Part shown: positions 34,994 through 46,510 of the stretch, one piece after another
Layout: each line of letters opens with the position of its first letter
How positions within the stretch are numbered: the first letter of the stretch is position 1
NCBI GenBank assembly: GCA_032718475.1
Contig: JAUCBJ010008860.1
Span: forward strand, 1 to 64,000
DNA length: 64,000 nt
Direction of reading: 5' to 3'
Source of the DNA: Nemertoderma westbladi
Taxonomy: Eukaryota; Animalia; Xenacoelomorpha
Notes under the pieces: model-generated
Seen by the model: the letters and a program-made list of their open reading frames with translations, nothing else
What the model was told of the DNA's origin: nothing
The model's database searches: none
Program-made: the position numbers and the translations under genes

Positions 34994-37900
34994 ACTAGAT
35001 TACACGGATTTAAATAATAATTACAATAGATTAATTATGATACAGATTACACGGATTACTAGATTACACGGATTACTAGATTACACGGATTACTAGATTA
35101 CACGGATTACTAGATTACACAGATTACTAGATTACACGGATTTAAATAAAAATTACAATAGATGAATTATGATACAGATTACACGGATTACTAGATTACA
35201 CGGATTTAAATAACAATTACAATAGATTAATTATGATACAGATTACACGGATTACTAGATTACACGGATTACTAGAATACACGGATTACTAGATTACACA
35301 GATTACTAGATTACACGGATTACTAGATTATACGGATTACTAGATTACACGGATTACTAGATTACACGGATTACTAGATTACACGGATTACTAGATTACA
35401 CGGATTACTAGATTACACGGATTACTAGATTACACGGATTTAAATAACAATTACAATAGATTAATTATGATACAGATTACACGGATTACTAGATTACACA
35501 GATTACTAGATTACACGGATTACTAGATTACACAGATTACTAGATTACACGGATTACTAGATTACACGGATTACTAGATTACACGGATTACTAGATTACA
35601 CGGATTACTAGATTACACGGATTACTAGATTACACGGATTGCTAGATTACACAGATTACTAGATTACACGGATTACTAGATTATACGGATTACTAGATTA
35701 CACGGATTACTAGATTACACGGATTACTAGATTACACGGATTACTAGATTACACGGATTTAAATAACAATTACAATAGATTAATTATGATACAGATTACA
35801 CGGATTACTAGATTACACAGATTACTAGATTACACGGATTACTAGATTACACAGATTACTAGATTACACAGATTACTAGATTACACGGATTTAAATAAAA
35901 ATTACAATAGATTAATTATGATACAGATTACACGGATTACTAGATTACACGGATTACTAGATTACACAGATTACTAGATTACACGGATTTAAATAACAAT
36001 TACAATAGATTAATTATGATACAGATTACACGGATTACTAGATTACACAGATTACTAGATTACACGGATTTAAATAACAATTACAATAGATTAATTATGA
36101 TACAGATTACACGGATTACTAGATTACACGGATTACTAGATTACACGGATTACTAGATTACACGGATTACTAGATTACACGGATTTAAATAACAATTACA
36201 ATAGATTAATTATGATACAGATTACACGGATTACTAGATTACACGGATTACTAGATTACACGGATTACTAGATTACACGGATTACTAGATTACACGGATT
36301 ACTAGATTACACGGATTTAAATAACAATTACAATAGATTAATTATGATACAGATTACACGGATTACTAGATTACACGGATTACTAGATTACACAGATTAC
36401 TAGGTTACACGGATTTAAATAACAATTACAATAGATTAATTATGATACAGATTACACGGATTACTAGATTACACGGATTACTAGATTACACGGATTACTA
36501 GATTACACGGATTACTAGATTACACGGATTTAAATAACAATTACAATAGATTAATTATGATACAGATTACACGGATTACTAGATTACACGGATTACTAGA
36601 TTACACGGATTACTAGATTACACGGATTACTAGATTACACGGATTACTAGATTACACGGATTTAAATAACAATTACAATAGATTAATTATGATACAGATT
36701 ACACGGATTACTAGATTACACGGATTACTAGATTACACAGATTACTAGATTACACGGATTTAAATAACAATTACAATAGATTAATTATGATACAGATTAC
36801 ACGGATTACTAGATTACACGGATTACTAGATTACACGGATTACTAGATTACACGGATTTAAATAACAATTACAATAGATTAATTATGATACAGATTACAC
36901 GGATTACTAGATTACACGGATTACTAGATTACACGGATTACTAGATTACACGGATTACTAGATTACACGGATTACTAGATTACACGGATTTAAATAACAA
37001 TTACAATAGATTAATTATGATACAGATTACACAGATTACTAGATTACACGGATTACTAGATTACACGGATTACTAGATTACACGGATTACTAGATTACAC
37101 GGATTTAAATAACAATTACAATAGATTAATTATGATACAGATTACACAGATTACTAGATTACACGGATTACTAGATTACACAGATTACTAGATTACACGG
37201 ATTACTAGTTACACGGATTTAAATAACAATTACAATAGATTAATTATGATACAGATTACACAGATTACTAGATTACACGGATTACTAGATTACACGGATT
37301 TAAATAACAATTACAATAGATTAATTATGATACAGATTACACGGATTACTAGATTACACGGATTACTAGATTACACGGATTACTAGATTACACGGATTAC
37401 TAGATTACACGGATTACTAGATTACACGGATTTAAATAACAATTACAATAGATTAATTATGATACAGATTACACGGATTACTAGATTACACAGATTACTA
37501 GATTACACAGATTACTAGATTACACGGATTACTAGATTACACGGATTACTAGATTACACGGATTTAAATAACAATTACAATAGATTAATTATGATACAGA
37601 TTACACGGATTACTAGATTACACAGATTACTAGATTACACAGATTACTAGATTACACGGATTATTAGATTACACGGATTACTAGATTACACGGATTTAAA
37701 TAACAATTACAATAGATTAATTATGATACAGATTACACGGATTACTAGATTACACAGATTACTAGATTACACAGATTACTAGATTACACAGATTACACGG
37801 ATTACTAGATTACACAGATTACTAGATTACACAGATTACTAGATTACACGGATTACTAGATTACACGGATTACTAGATTACACGGATTACTAGATTACAC

Positions 37901-38140
37901 GGATTACTAGATTACACGGATTACTAGATTACACGGATTACACAGATTACACGGATTACTAGATTATACGGATTACTAGATTACACGGATTACTAGATTA
38001 CACGGATTACTAGATTACACGGATTACTAGATTACACGGATTACTAGATTACACGGATTACTAGATTACACGGATTACTAGATTACACAGATTACTAGAT
38101 TACACGGATTTAAATAAAAATTACAATAGATTAATTATGA
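34994..38140. repeat. Compound satellite: runs of a 17-bp unit separated by a ~47-bp unit
   Basis: gattacacggattacta runs of variable length interspersed with gattacacggatttaaataacaattacaatagattaattatgataca. Confidence 0.97.
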
Positions 38141-38548
38141 ACGATTTAAATTCGTACTTACTGTACGAATTTAATTATCCATTCCCAGCAACAATCAAAA
38201 TATTAACGAAATTATTACCCGAAATGTGTAGGGAAATACACAGTAAAAGGACGTACATTAAAATATAAATATGTTAATGGAGATAAAATAGAATAAGGTT
38301 CTGAATAAGGTTCTTACATTCAGTACTATACAGTTACTACATTATTAATCCAAGACGGCTGTTCATTAAGGCCATTCGTTGAAGAAGTTATTAAAGAAGT
38401 TATTAAAAGAGCCTGTTAAATACACCCGAAATATAAAATACTTAGTTAAAATATTTATAAAATACACTATAAATATACCAAAAGTTAAAATACATAGTAT
38501 ACTATAAGATACTGAGTTTTACTGTACTGAGTTTACAAATATACATAG

Positions 38549-41500
38549 TAGAGTTGAAACAGAGACCTGTTTTTCTTAATCCCGGTAAACCAGAGCCCTA
38601 CCCAGAGAATTATTTTGAAAAATACCGGAGACCAGAGCCGGAGATCAGAGACTTTGTTTATTTTTGTACTTACAATTTGATTACTCCCCTATAACACAAA
38701 CAGGTACATACGGCCTTAGAACTATTTTCTATGGTTCAATTACAGTAAATCCAACCCATTTCAACCCTTACCCATTGGAAGAAAATAAGCGCACGTACAG
38801 TTTGGGGGACTTAATTAATATTAATTTGGTTATTTGTTTATTAATTCGTTCTTATTTTGTTGTTGTTAATAATATGTTACATTAATTTGTTTTGCGCCAT
38901 AGTTACCGGTACTTTATTAATTAAAGGCACTTATTTTACAATTGTTCAAATCATATGCATTTCAATATACTATAAACTTAATCATTAACGAATACTTAGT
39001 GCACAGGTATAGTGCTCTACTCGCCCCATTTACAAGCCTCGTTACGCTCGTTCTCTCCATTTGGTAGTATCTATCCTATAACAAATTGAATGGAGAACAG
39101 CCCTTTCTTTCACTTTTAAACATTATGGGAGCTCAAATTAAGCGCCCTTATCCTTAAATAAGAACCATCTTTAGGTGCTAATTTAACTTAAAATTAAACG
39201 CACCTTAAATTAATTAATAAGAAGATTATCCATTATCGGTACATTTTATTAGAAATAGTGTAAAAGGGTCAATAAGCTTAAAAGTGGCCAAAAAGGGGTA
39301 CAAATTGACCAAAAAATTTTTGTCGGAAATTAGTGCCATACCATCAAGGTGCATACCATACACCATTCGAAAGATAATTTCATGGCGAATCTTGTGATGG
39401 TAGAGGGAGAGCATGACGCGCTGCTCAAAGGGAGATATATGGCAAAAACTAATGTCATATCTGTAACGTTTTTGTCTACCACAGTAACGCATTACAGTGA
39501 TGACATTTATGGGACAAACGTCTGTAACGGCCATCTGTAACGGTAATTATGTTATATGGATTTTGCAGTATTTATAACTTATTGCTTCGACAATAAGGTA
39601 ATTTCTTGGACAAACATCTGTAACAAACAGCGATATCTGACCATAACCATCGCATCCATTAAATTATATGTACTTAATACATATGATTTCCAATAATAAA
39701 TAGAAAAAGTTTTTCATTAACATTTTTCTGTGTAACCGATAATCTTGTTTTACACGATTTTTTTTATCCCGTTTTAAATTTTCTCTATCGCGCCGCTTTT
39801 TATATGCTTGTTTAAAATACTCTGTATAACAACCGCGGTCCATTTTTTCTCTGTACTTATTTAACCGCTCCCTGGCGTTTCTCTGCAACTGATTCAGAGA
39901 CGTCTATTACCTCATCCAATATACGGATCTGACTAAACTTATCACAATAATATAAGTAGTGCACAAGTCCTTCATGTAAGTCAGTAAGTGATGTTAAGCC
40001 AATGATTTAGAAATTGATAGTAAATTATAGGGCATAGGCCTTTTATATGCTATGAGGATCATTGCTATCAGCATTGTTGTAATAAATTACGCGCCTATGC
40101 AGGGAAGCCTAATAACGAAAAACGCAAAACGAAACAGGGCAAAGTACCGTCTGTACAATATATTGTATGTTAAAAAAAACACTGTTTGTAGGAAATGTAT
40201 CTTCTACAATTCTAAACGAAATAAAGCGAAATTCTGCAGAAAGCACATTTTATTAATAGGCCTACTTTTAAAATTTATAAGATGGAGATTGTATATATTT
40301 GCAATTAATTCCTAAATTATTTACCACGGACCCAGAAGCTCTTGATTCATAAAATTTCATATGTGAAGTGAATCTGCGCTTTACTCCCTAGAATCCACAA
40401 TCACCTCTTCCCGGATAGAGATAAACATGAATCCGTGTTTTACTCCCCTTACGGGAGGATCCAGTAACACTTGAGAATTCAAATTAGATTGAATTCGCAT
40501 TTTGCACTCATTTCCGGATTTCAGGAAAATCCGGATCCGCGTTTTAACCTCAAAATTCGAGAACCGATCCGGATCCTGCATCCGGTTCCGCGTTTTACAC
40601 TTACCCATCTTACACTACCACATTACCACGAGCAGTTAGGATGTCAGTAGGAAGATGAAGAACGTATCAAACGCGTAGGCATTCAAATATTGTCAGTGAT
40701 GCCTTATTGTATTTCAGGATGACACTCCGTTACAGATAGGACTGTCATATAGATATGACTGAAAACCTACAGCCTGTAACGCATCGATAACTGGTTATAT
40801 AATGCGTTACAGATGAGACATGCCCTATCTGTAACGCACTGCACTGTAACGGTGACGCGTTACAGATGGTTGACAAAAACGCTTACCACCGCCATACATC
40901 ATAGGTGTTTATTTATCACATTAACTCTTGGGGTTAATGCGGCATAAATTCAAATTGCCTTTCCACACGTACCATTATACTTGTATGAGATTAATATTAT
41001 CAAAATCTATGGCCACATTTGTAGCGTTACAGATATGGACGTTTATGCTTTCAATATTGACTTTGTTAAACATAAATGCTTCCCAAATGAGATTACCTTA
41101 CCCTTTGTATGTGATATTTGGCCTATATATGTTAGAAACCCTGTAGATTCTAAATATATCAAAACTGTAAACCTACAGTTACTACTTCAGATTCTAGACG
41201 TAAATGTTACAGATGTGACACAAAAAGTGAAAAATCCATGCCCATTTTATGTATCGATCTCAAATGGTTCAATATGAATATTATGGCCTGAAATAAATCG
41301 GAAAAGAAAGCAAAACATCTAAGCTTCCCAACAATACATAGGTTTCCTATATATTTGGCACTTGGAGTGATAAAATTTACAGTTGTTTGTGGTCTTGTCA
41401 CGTAAGGGACAACTGATTTTCACGATATTTCAGTCTTTAATGGGGCATATCTTCTGACTGCCTTTACAGATTTGGATAATTTTTAGTGCGTAAGCTGCGC

Positions 41501-41884
41501 AAATAAATTAGCTACAGAATAATATATAACTTTATTATATACGAATAAATTAAAGCATATATAATTATATCGTATCTTCCGGACAAACCATTGGCCACTT
41601 TTAAGCTTATTAACCCAAAAGTGAATATATAATTGTGTTGAAGCAGTTTATGTAAAATAGTTAAAAATTAAAGAAATAATTAATTGTAAAAATAATCATC
41701 ATTTCACATTTTGTGTTGTACAGGATCTATTTTTAAATATCTATTTCTAATTTGTCAAATCACTGATCTCTGGTTAAAATGTCTGTTTTCAATACCCGGG
41801 AACCAGAGACCTATCCGGAGACCAAAAAATAGCCCGGAGAATCCAGAGATCAGAGATCAGCTACAAGTCTCTGTTTCAACTCTA
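38549..41884. mobile_element. Non-autonomous hAT-type DNA transposon
   Basis: TIRs tagagttgaaacagagac / gtctctgtttcaactcta; perfect 8-bp TSD atacatag (38541-38548, 41885-41892); subterminal cagag/ccggag motifs. Confidence 0.88.
39266..41616. mobile_element. Non-autonomous TIR element nested in the hAT (GGG termini, possible 4-bp AAAA TSD; Sola-like?)
   Basis: 26-bp TIRs gggtcaataagcttaaaagtggccaa / ttggccacttttaagcttattaaccc (1 mismatch), each flanked by aaaa; internal ctgtaacg/cgttacag motifs. Superfamily is an inference. Confidence 0.75.
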
Positions 41885-42063
41885 ATACATAGTATATTAA
41901 AAAATACATATTTAAAGGGGGTTAGGGCTTATAGGGTTCTAGAATTATTGATCAGCACCATATCACAGGCCGTTTGTTAAGACAGCTGTTATAAATTAGC
42001 ATCATATCACTAATAATTAGGAGTTAGGATATCATAGTACGTACGTATCATATCATGCTGTTG

Positions 42064-43125
42064 TTAGCGCATATTCAAATAGTGGTTTTTGATCCCATGT
42101 TTAAATGACTCCAGGGATATTTTACTTTTTAGTTTATTGGGCAGGGAGTTCCATAGACTCGGGCCTAAGAATGACAGCGTTTCACACCCAACAGCAGTTC
42201 TGCGTGAGGGGATTACGGCTCGGTTCTCGCTCCTACGAAGGTTAATTCCAGTTGGGTCGAAAATAACTAAGTTCTCGAGATATGGTGGGGATAGGCCGCG
42301 ACTAATACGATACATGTGACATAATATGCTTTGCTCAACACGAGTGTCAATAGGTAGGTAGCCATGACATTTTTATATAGTGGTCTTGCGTTATGTGTGT
42401 CCGGTGGTGTAGTCCCAGGCAGAATCGTATACACTTCCGTTGGAGTGTCTGTAGTTGGTTCTGTAGACCTTTGCTTGTGCTATAGTACCAGCAGGATGAT
42501 ACAAAGTCCAAGTGAGATTGAATTAGAGCATTACAAAGCAACCTTTTGGTGTAATAATCGAGTATAGACCCCTGTCGGTAAAGGAATCGTAGAGTTGAGT
42601 TGCATTTCTTTATAACCTTTGCTGCCATTGAATCGCCTGGCATCCAAGAAACACCCTAAATATTTCACAGTTTTTTTTTCTTCAATAGGGATCACAGCGC
42701 ATGTAATATTGAGCGGGTGAGCGTTGTTTAGTCGCTGGTGAGTTCCAAAAAGAATGCTTTTAGTTTTTTCGAAGTTCAAACTTAATTTGTTTTCAGTAGC
42801 CCATGAGTATACTTTGTCTAGCCTAATTTCTAGCGTATTTGCAACAGCTGATGGGTTTTGGTGGGAGGCAATGAGGTTGGCATCATCGGCTAGCTTCAGG
42901 GGCAAAGTATGTGGTTCTGTAAAAGTTACATCCGACTCTGTTTGGAGTTCTAGGTTTACGCTATGGAGTTCATCTTTGGGTCTCAATGACTGTAGATTTG
43001 ATCCAGAGGAGCATGTAGCCGGGTTGATGGCCATATTTAGGTCGTTTCCATATATTAAGAAGAGCAAAACTGCCAATAGACCTCCTTGTGGTACTCCTGT
43101 ATCTACTATCGCTTCACTCGAACAT
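42064..43125 (-). pseudogene. 5'-truncated CR1/L2-group LINE RT fragment with frameshifts
   Basis: GVPQGGLLAVLLFLIYGNDL, LADDANL, LSLNFEKTKSILFG, KYLGCFLD, LCNALIQSHLDF...WY, FLGPSLWNSLP...SFKHGIKNHY. Confidence 0.85.
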
Positions 43126-43167
43126 ACCCCCCCCCCCCCCCCCCCCCCCCCCCAACACAGACACAAG

Positions 43168-43618
43168 ACTTGGGGGTGTGTGTGTGTGGTTGACGGGATT
43201 GCACGTCATCCTCCCACATACATTGGGGGTAGTGTGTGTGTGTGTGTGGTTGACGGGATTGCACGTCATCCTCCCACATACATTGGGGGTAGTGTGTGAG
43301 TGGTTGACGGGTTTGCACGTCATCCTCCCACATACATTGGGGGTAGTGTGTGTGTGGTTGACGGGATTGCACGTCATCCTCCCACATACATTGGGGGTAG
43401 TGTGTGTGTGTGTGTGGTTGACGGGATTGCACGTCATCCTCCCACATACATTGGGGGTAGTGGGTGTGTGTGTGGTTGACGGGTTGAGTCTCCCACAGTA
43501 CAGGGTAGTGGGTGTGTGTGAGTGACGTACTACGTCACTCACACACACACACACTACCCCCAATGTATGTGGGAGGATGGCGTGCAATCCCGTCAACCAC
43601 ACACACACACCCCAAGTA
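43168..43618. repeat. Fold-back structure: five ~55-63-bp direct units plus one inverted unit
   Basis: (gt)n-ggttgacgggattgcacgtcatcctcccacatacattgggggta repeated; hairpin apex gtgagtgacgta-c-tacgtcactcac (~43518-43542); inverted copy to 43618. Confidence 0.85.
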
Positions 43619-43764
43619 ATGTGTGAAGTTTACTGTCCGCTTTGGGCTTCCGTAAAATATCCTAATATAATAGTTTCTTAGTTATTATGCGACACACTAA
43701 AAAAGAGTCAGTCTATGCTACATAACCAACATAGCTCTCACCACTAATTAATAATTAACTCTAC

Positions 43765-43892
43765 CTCCTGAGTATCTCATCCTGTAAGTCCTGCGGTGCC
43801 CCAGCAGCTATCTGACCTCTACGAGCCTTCCTCGATTTCATTTGTAGTCGAGTTACCTGCCTCTTCGCAAATATCGCCAACACAACGCAAAC
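43765..43892 (-). CDS. C1orf43: NICE-3/C1orf43-like gene exon 2
   Basis: Acceptor ttatttAG at 43894-43893 (phase 0), donor GTAGAG at 43764 (phase 2). VCVVLAIFAKRQVTRLQMKSRK...APQDLQDEILRR matches NICE-3 LLFIFVKRQIMRFAMKSRR...APKDLKEEIDIR. Confidence 0.92.
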
Positions 43893-44243
43893 CTAAATAA
43901 CGTTGAAACTACGGAAATAACATGAAATGAAAATAGGCTAACACAAACTATTACAAATCATTTATAGGGTTGTCCATTTATCCATGTCCATTACAGCACA
44001 GCAATATTACATTACAGCATTAGTCTGTAAGTCCATTCCCCTTGTGACATGGTCGTTGACATGTCGCATGACCTATATTTTAGGCTATTGGTTCATTCAA
44101 ACAGATGAACAGTCAAACCGCCTTCAAAAGCGTTGGGCGTAATTGCTGGATTGAGATTGCTGGATTGAGTAGGCCACGCCACATCCTACAGGCCTGCTAT
44201 GCCAAATTTTGTGGCATTGGTCAGGTAAATGGACATGGACAAC

Positions 44244-44321
44244 CAGACAAATACCAATGAATACTGCTACCGGTACGACGATCTGCCGCACTAAAACTCC
44301 ACACACATCCGCATCCGACAT
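44244..44321 (-). CDS. C1orf43: NICE-3/C1orf43-like gene, probable first coding exon
   Basis: ATG at 44321, MSDADVCGVLVRQIVVPVAVFIGICL. A phase-0 GT at 44243 (weak donor) completes the N-terminal hydrophobic anchor with exon 2. Start and donor are uncertain. Confidence 0.55.
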
Positions 44322-45086
44322 TAATCACAAAGTAAACTTACCAAAACTCCACATCCGACATTAATCACAAAGTAAAAACTTACCAAAACTCCACATCCGA
44401 CATTAATCACAAAGTAAACTTACCAAAACTCCACACACATCCGACATTAATCACAAAGTAAACTTACCAAAACTCCACACACATCCACATCCGACATTAA
44501 TCACAAAGTAAAAACTTACCAAAACTCCACATCCGACAGTAATCACAAAGTAAAAACTTACCAAAACTCCACATCCGACATTAATCACAAAGTAAAAACT
44601 TACCAAAACTCCACACACATCCGCATCCGACATTAATCACAAAGTAAAAACTTACCAAAACTCCACATCCGACAGTAATCACAAAGTAAAAACTTACCAA
44701 AACTCCACATCCGACATTAATCACAAAGTAAACTTACCAAAACTCCACACACATCCGCATCCGACATTAATCACAAAGTAAAAACTTACCAAAACTCCAC
44801 ATCCGACAGTAATCACAAAGTAAAAACTTACCAAAACTCCACATCCGACATTAATCACAAAGTAAAAACTTACCAAAACTCCACATCCGACAGTAATCAC
44901 AAAGTAAAAACTTACCAAAACTCCACATCCGACAGTAATCACAAAGTAAAAACTTACCAAAACTCCACATCCGACATTAATCACAAAGTAAACTTACCAA
45001 AACTCCACACACATCCGCATCCGACATTAATCACAAAGTAAAAACTTACCAAAACTCCACACACATCCGACATTAATCACAAAGTA
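44293..45086. repeat. 40-52-bp tandem array (~18 units) overlapping the NICE-3 start
   Basis: Minus-strand unit gtaagtttttactttgtgattaATGTCGGATG(cggatgtgtg)TGGAGTTTTG. Confidence 0.95.
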
Positions 45087-45509
45087 ACTACTGGTTAGAA
45101 AAGCTGCCCCAGTTGCGCTACCGGTACTCATTATACAGCATTATATTGTTCCGTTACATAATTCTGTAATTTGGAGATCAGGAAATGAGAGTATTGAGTA
45201 AGAGAATGCAGAATGGCAGATTTTATCTTTCGAATCCAATCGCAATTACCGGTACTGAAACAGATTGCAAGATTATCTGATTGTACAGCAGTAGGCTACC
45301 GGCCAGCGTCTGCTGAAAGCAGTAAGTGCAGAAGTGTATGTCATAGGCCTAACATACACAAGCCTGCAAGTAAAACTTATACAAAGTCAGAAAGTACATG
45401 TGATAGTAGGAGCCAAGCCAACCAGACATGCCTATTCAGATATTACTGTATTACTACCAGCTGACCGGTATACATCATGTCCAGGAATATAGACATAGTG
45501 TCTGGAATA

Positions 45510-46413
45510 CACCATGTCCTGAAATATAGTGTCGTTATTCTGGTACATGGACCCTCCCCCCCCCAAATTTGTCTACTTGGGTCTTGGTCTTTATTTTGTA
45601 CTCTACCAATGAGATTGCATGAAATTTGAAACAGAGATAGTTTCACCTCCCTCCTCCTTGCTGGGTGAGCCAGAATTTTTATTTTTGCTTTCAATCTTTA
45701 GCTACAAGCGTTTGAAAAAGGTGTCTCCGGTGATATTTCACCAGTTACACTGCAGTTATTCTGAACCTTATCGGATTTATTGGTAGCAATAGAAAGCTAA
45801 CCATGCAAGGATTCCAAAAATGTAAAAATATTTGAATTTGGTTGGGAAATAGCTGAGATATGAGCGTTCAAATGTTGCATGGTTTTGCACCTGCGCGAGG
45901 CTGTTTTATTCTATTAAATAAAAACACTATATTCTAGAACATTTTGTTTATGTATGAATAGCTACATAATAGTATGTTTAAAGAAGCATTGCATTGTTGC
46001 CCAGCTACGTATGGGATAAACAAAATGTTCCAGAATATGAGGTATTTATTAAATAGAATAAATGGCGTGCAAGGGAAGCTAATACATGCAACATTCGAAT
46101 GCCCATATCTCAGCTATTTCCCAACCAAATTCAAATATTTTTACATATAAAGGAGATCGATCGGATAAAGGAAAGCGATAAAGTTAAAGAGTAACTGCAG
46201 TATAACTGGTGAAATACCACCGGAGACACCTTTTTCAAACGCTTGTAGCTAAAGATTTAAAGCAGAAAATAAAAATTCTGGCTCACCCAACAAGAAGGAG
46301 GGAGGTGAAACTATCTCTGTTTCAAATTTCATTCAATATCATTGAGATTTGTAGAAAACTTTTGGGGGGGGTCCAGGTACCTGAATAACGACACCTATAT
46401 CCCAGCACATGGT
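45510..46413. mobile_element. ~900-bp palindromic (fold-back) MITE
   Basis: The left half is the imperfect reverse complement of the right half (e.g. gaaatttgaaacagagatagtttcacctccc / gggaggtgaaactatctctgtttcaaatttc; ttggttgggaaatagctgagatatg / catatctcagctatttcccaaccaa). Confidence 0.85.
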
Positions 46414-46510
46414 ATAGTACTCTAGTGTAGGCCTAATATACAGATATAGTACCGTAGTGGAATAGTGGAATATAGTCAGATAGTACTGTATGTATAAAGA
46501 ATATAGTTAC

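Noticed and set aside
34994-38140. CRISPR-like alternation of a constant repeat and intervening sequence
   Set aside because: The intervening parts are copies of one 17-mer, not unique spacers; there are no cas genes and the context is eukaryotic.
44290-45050. Intron created by tandem duplication (array donor spliced to the AG at 44291)
   Set aside because: ATG-containing units end in phase 0 or 2 while that acceptor needs phase 1, so the frame would be lost.
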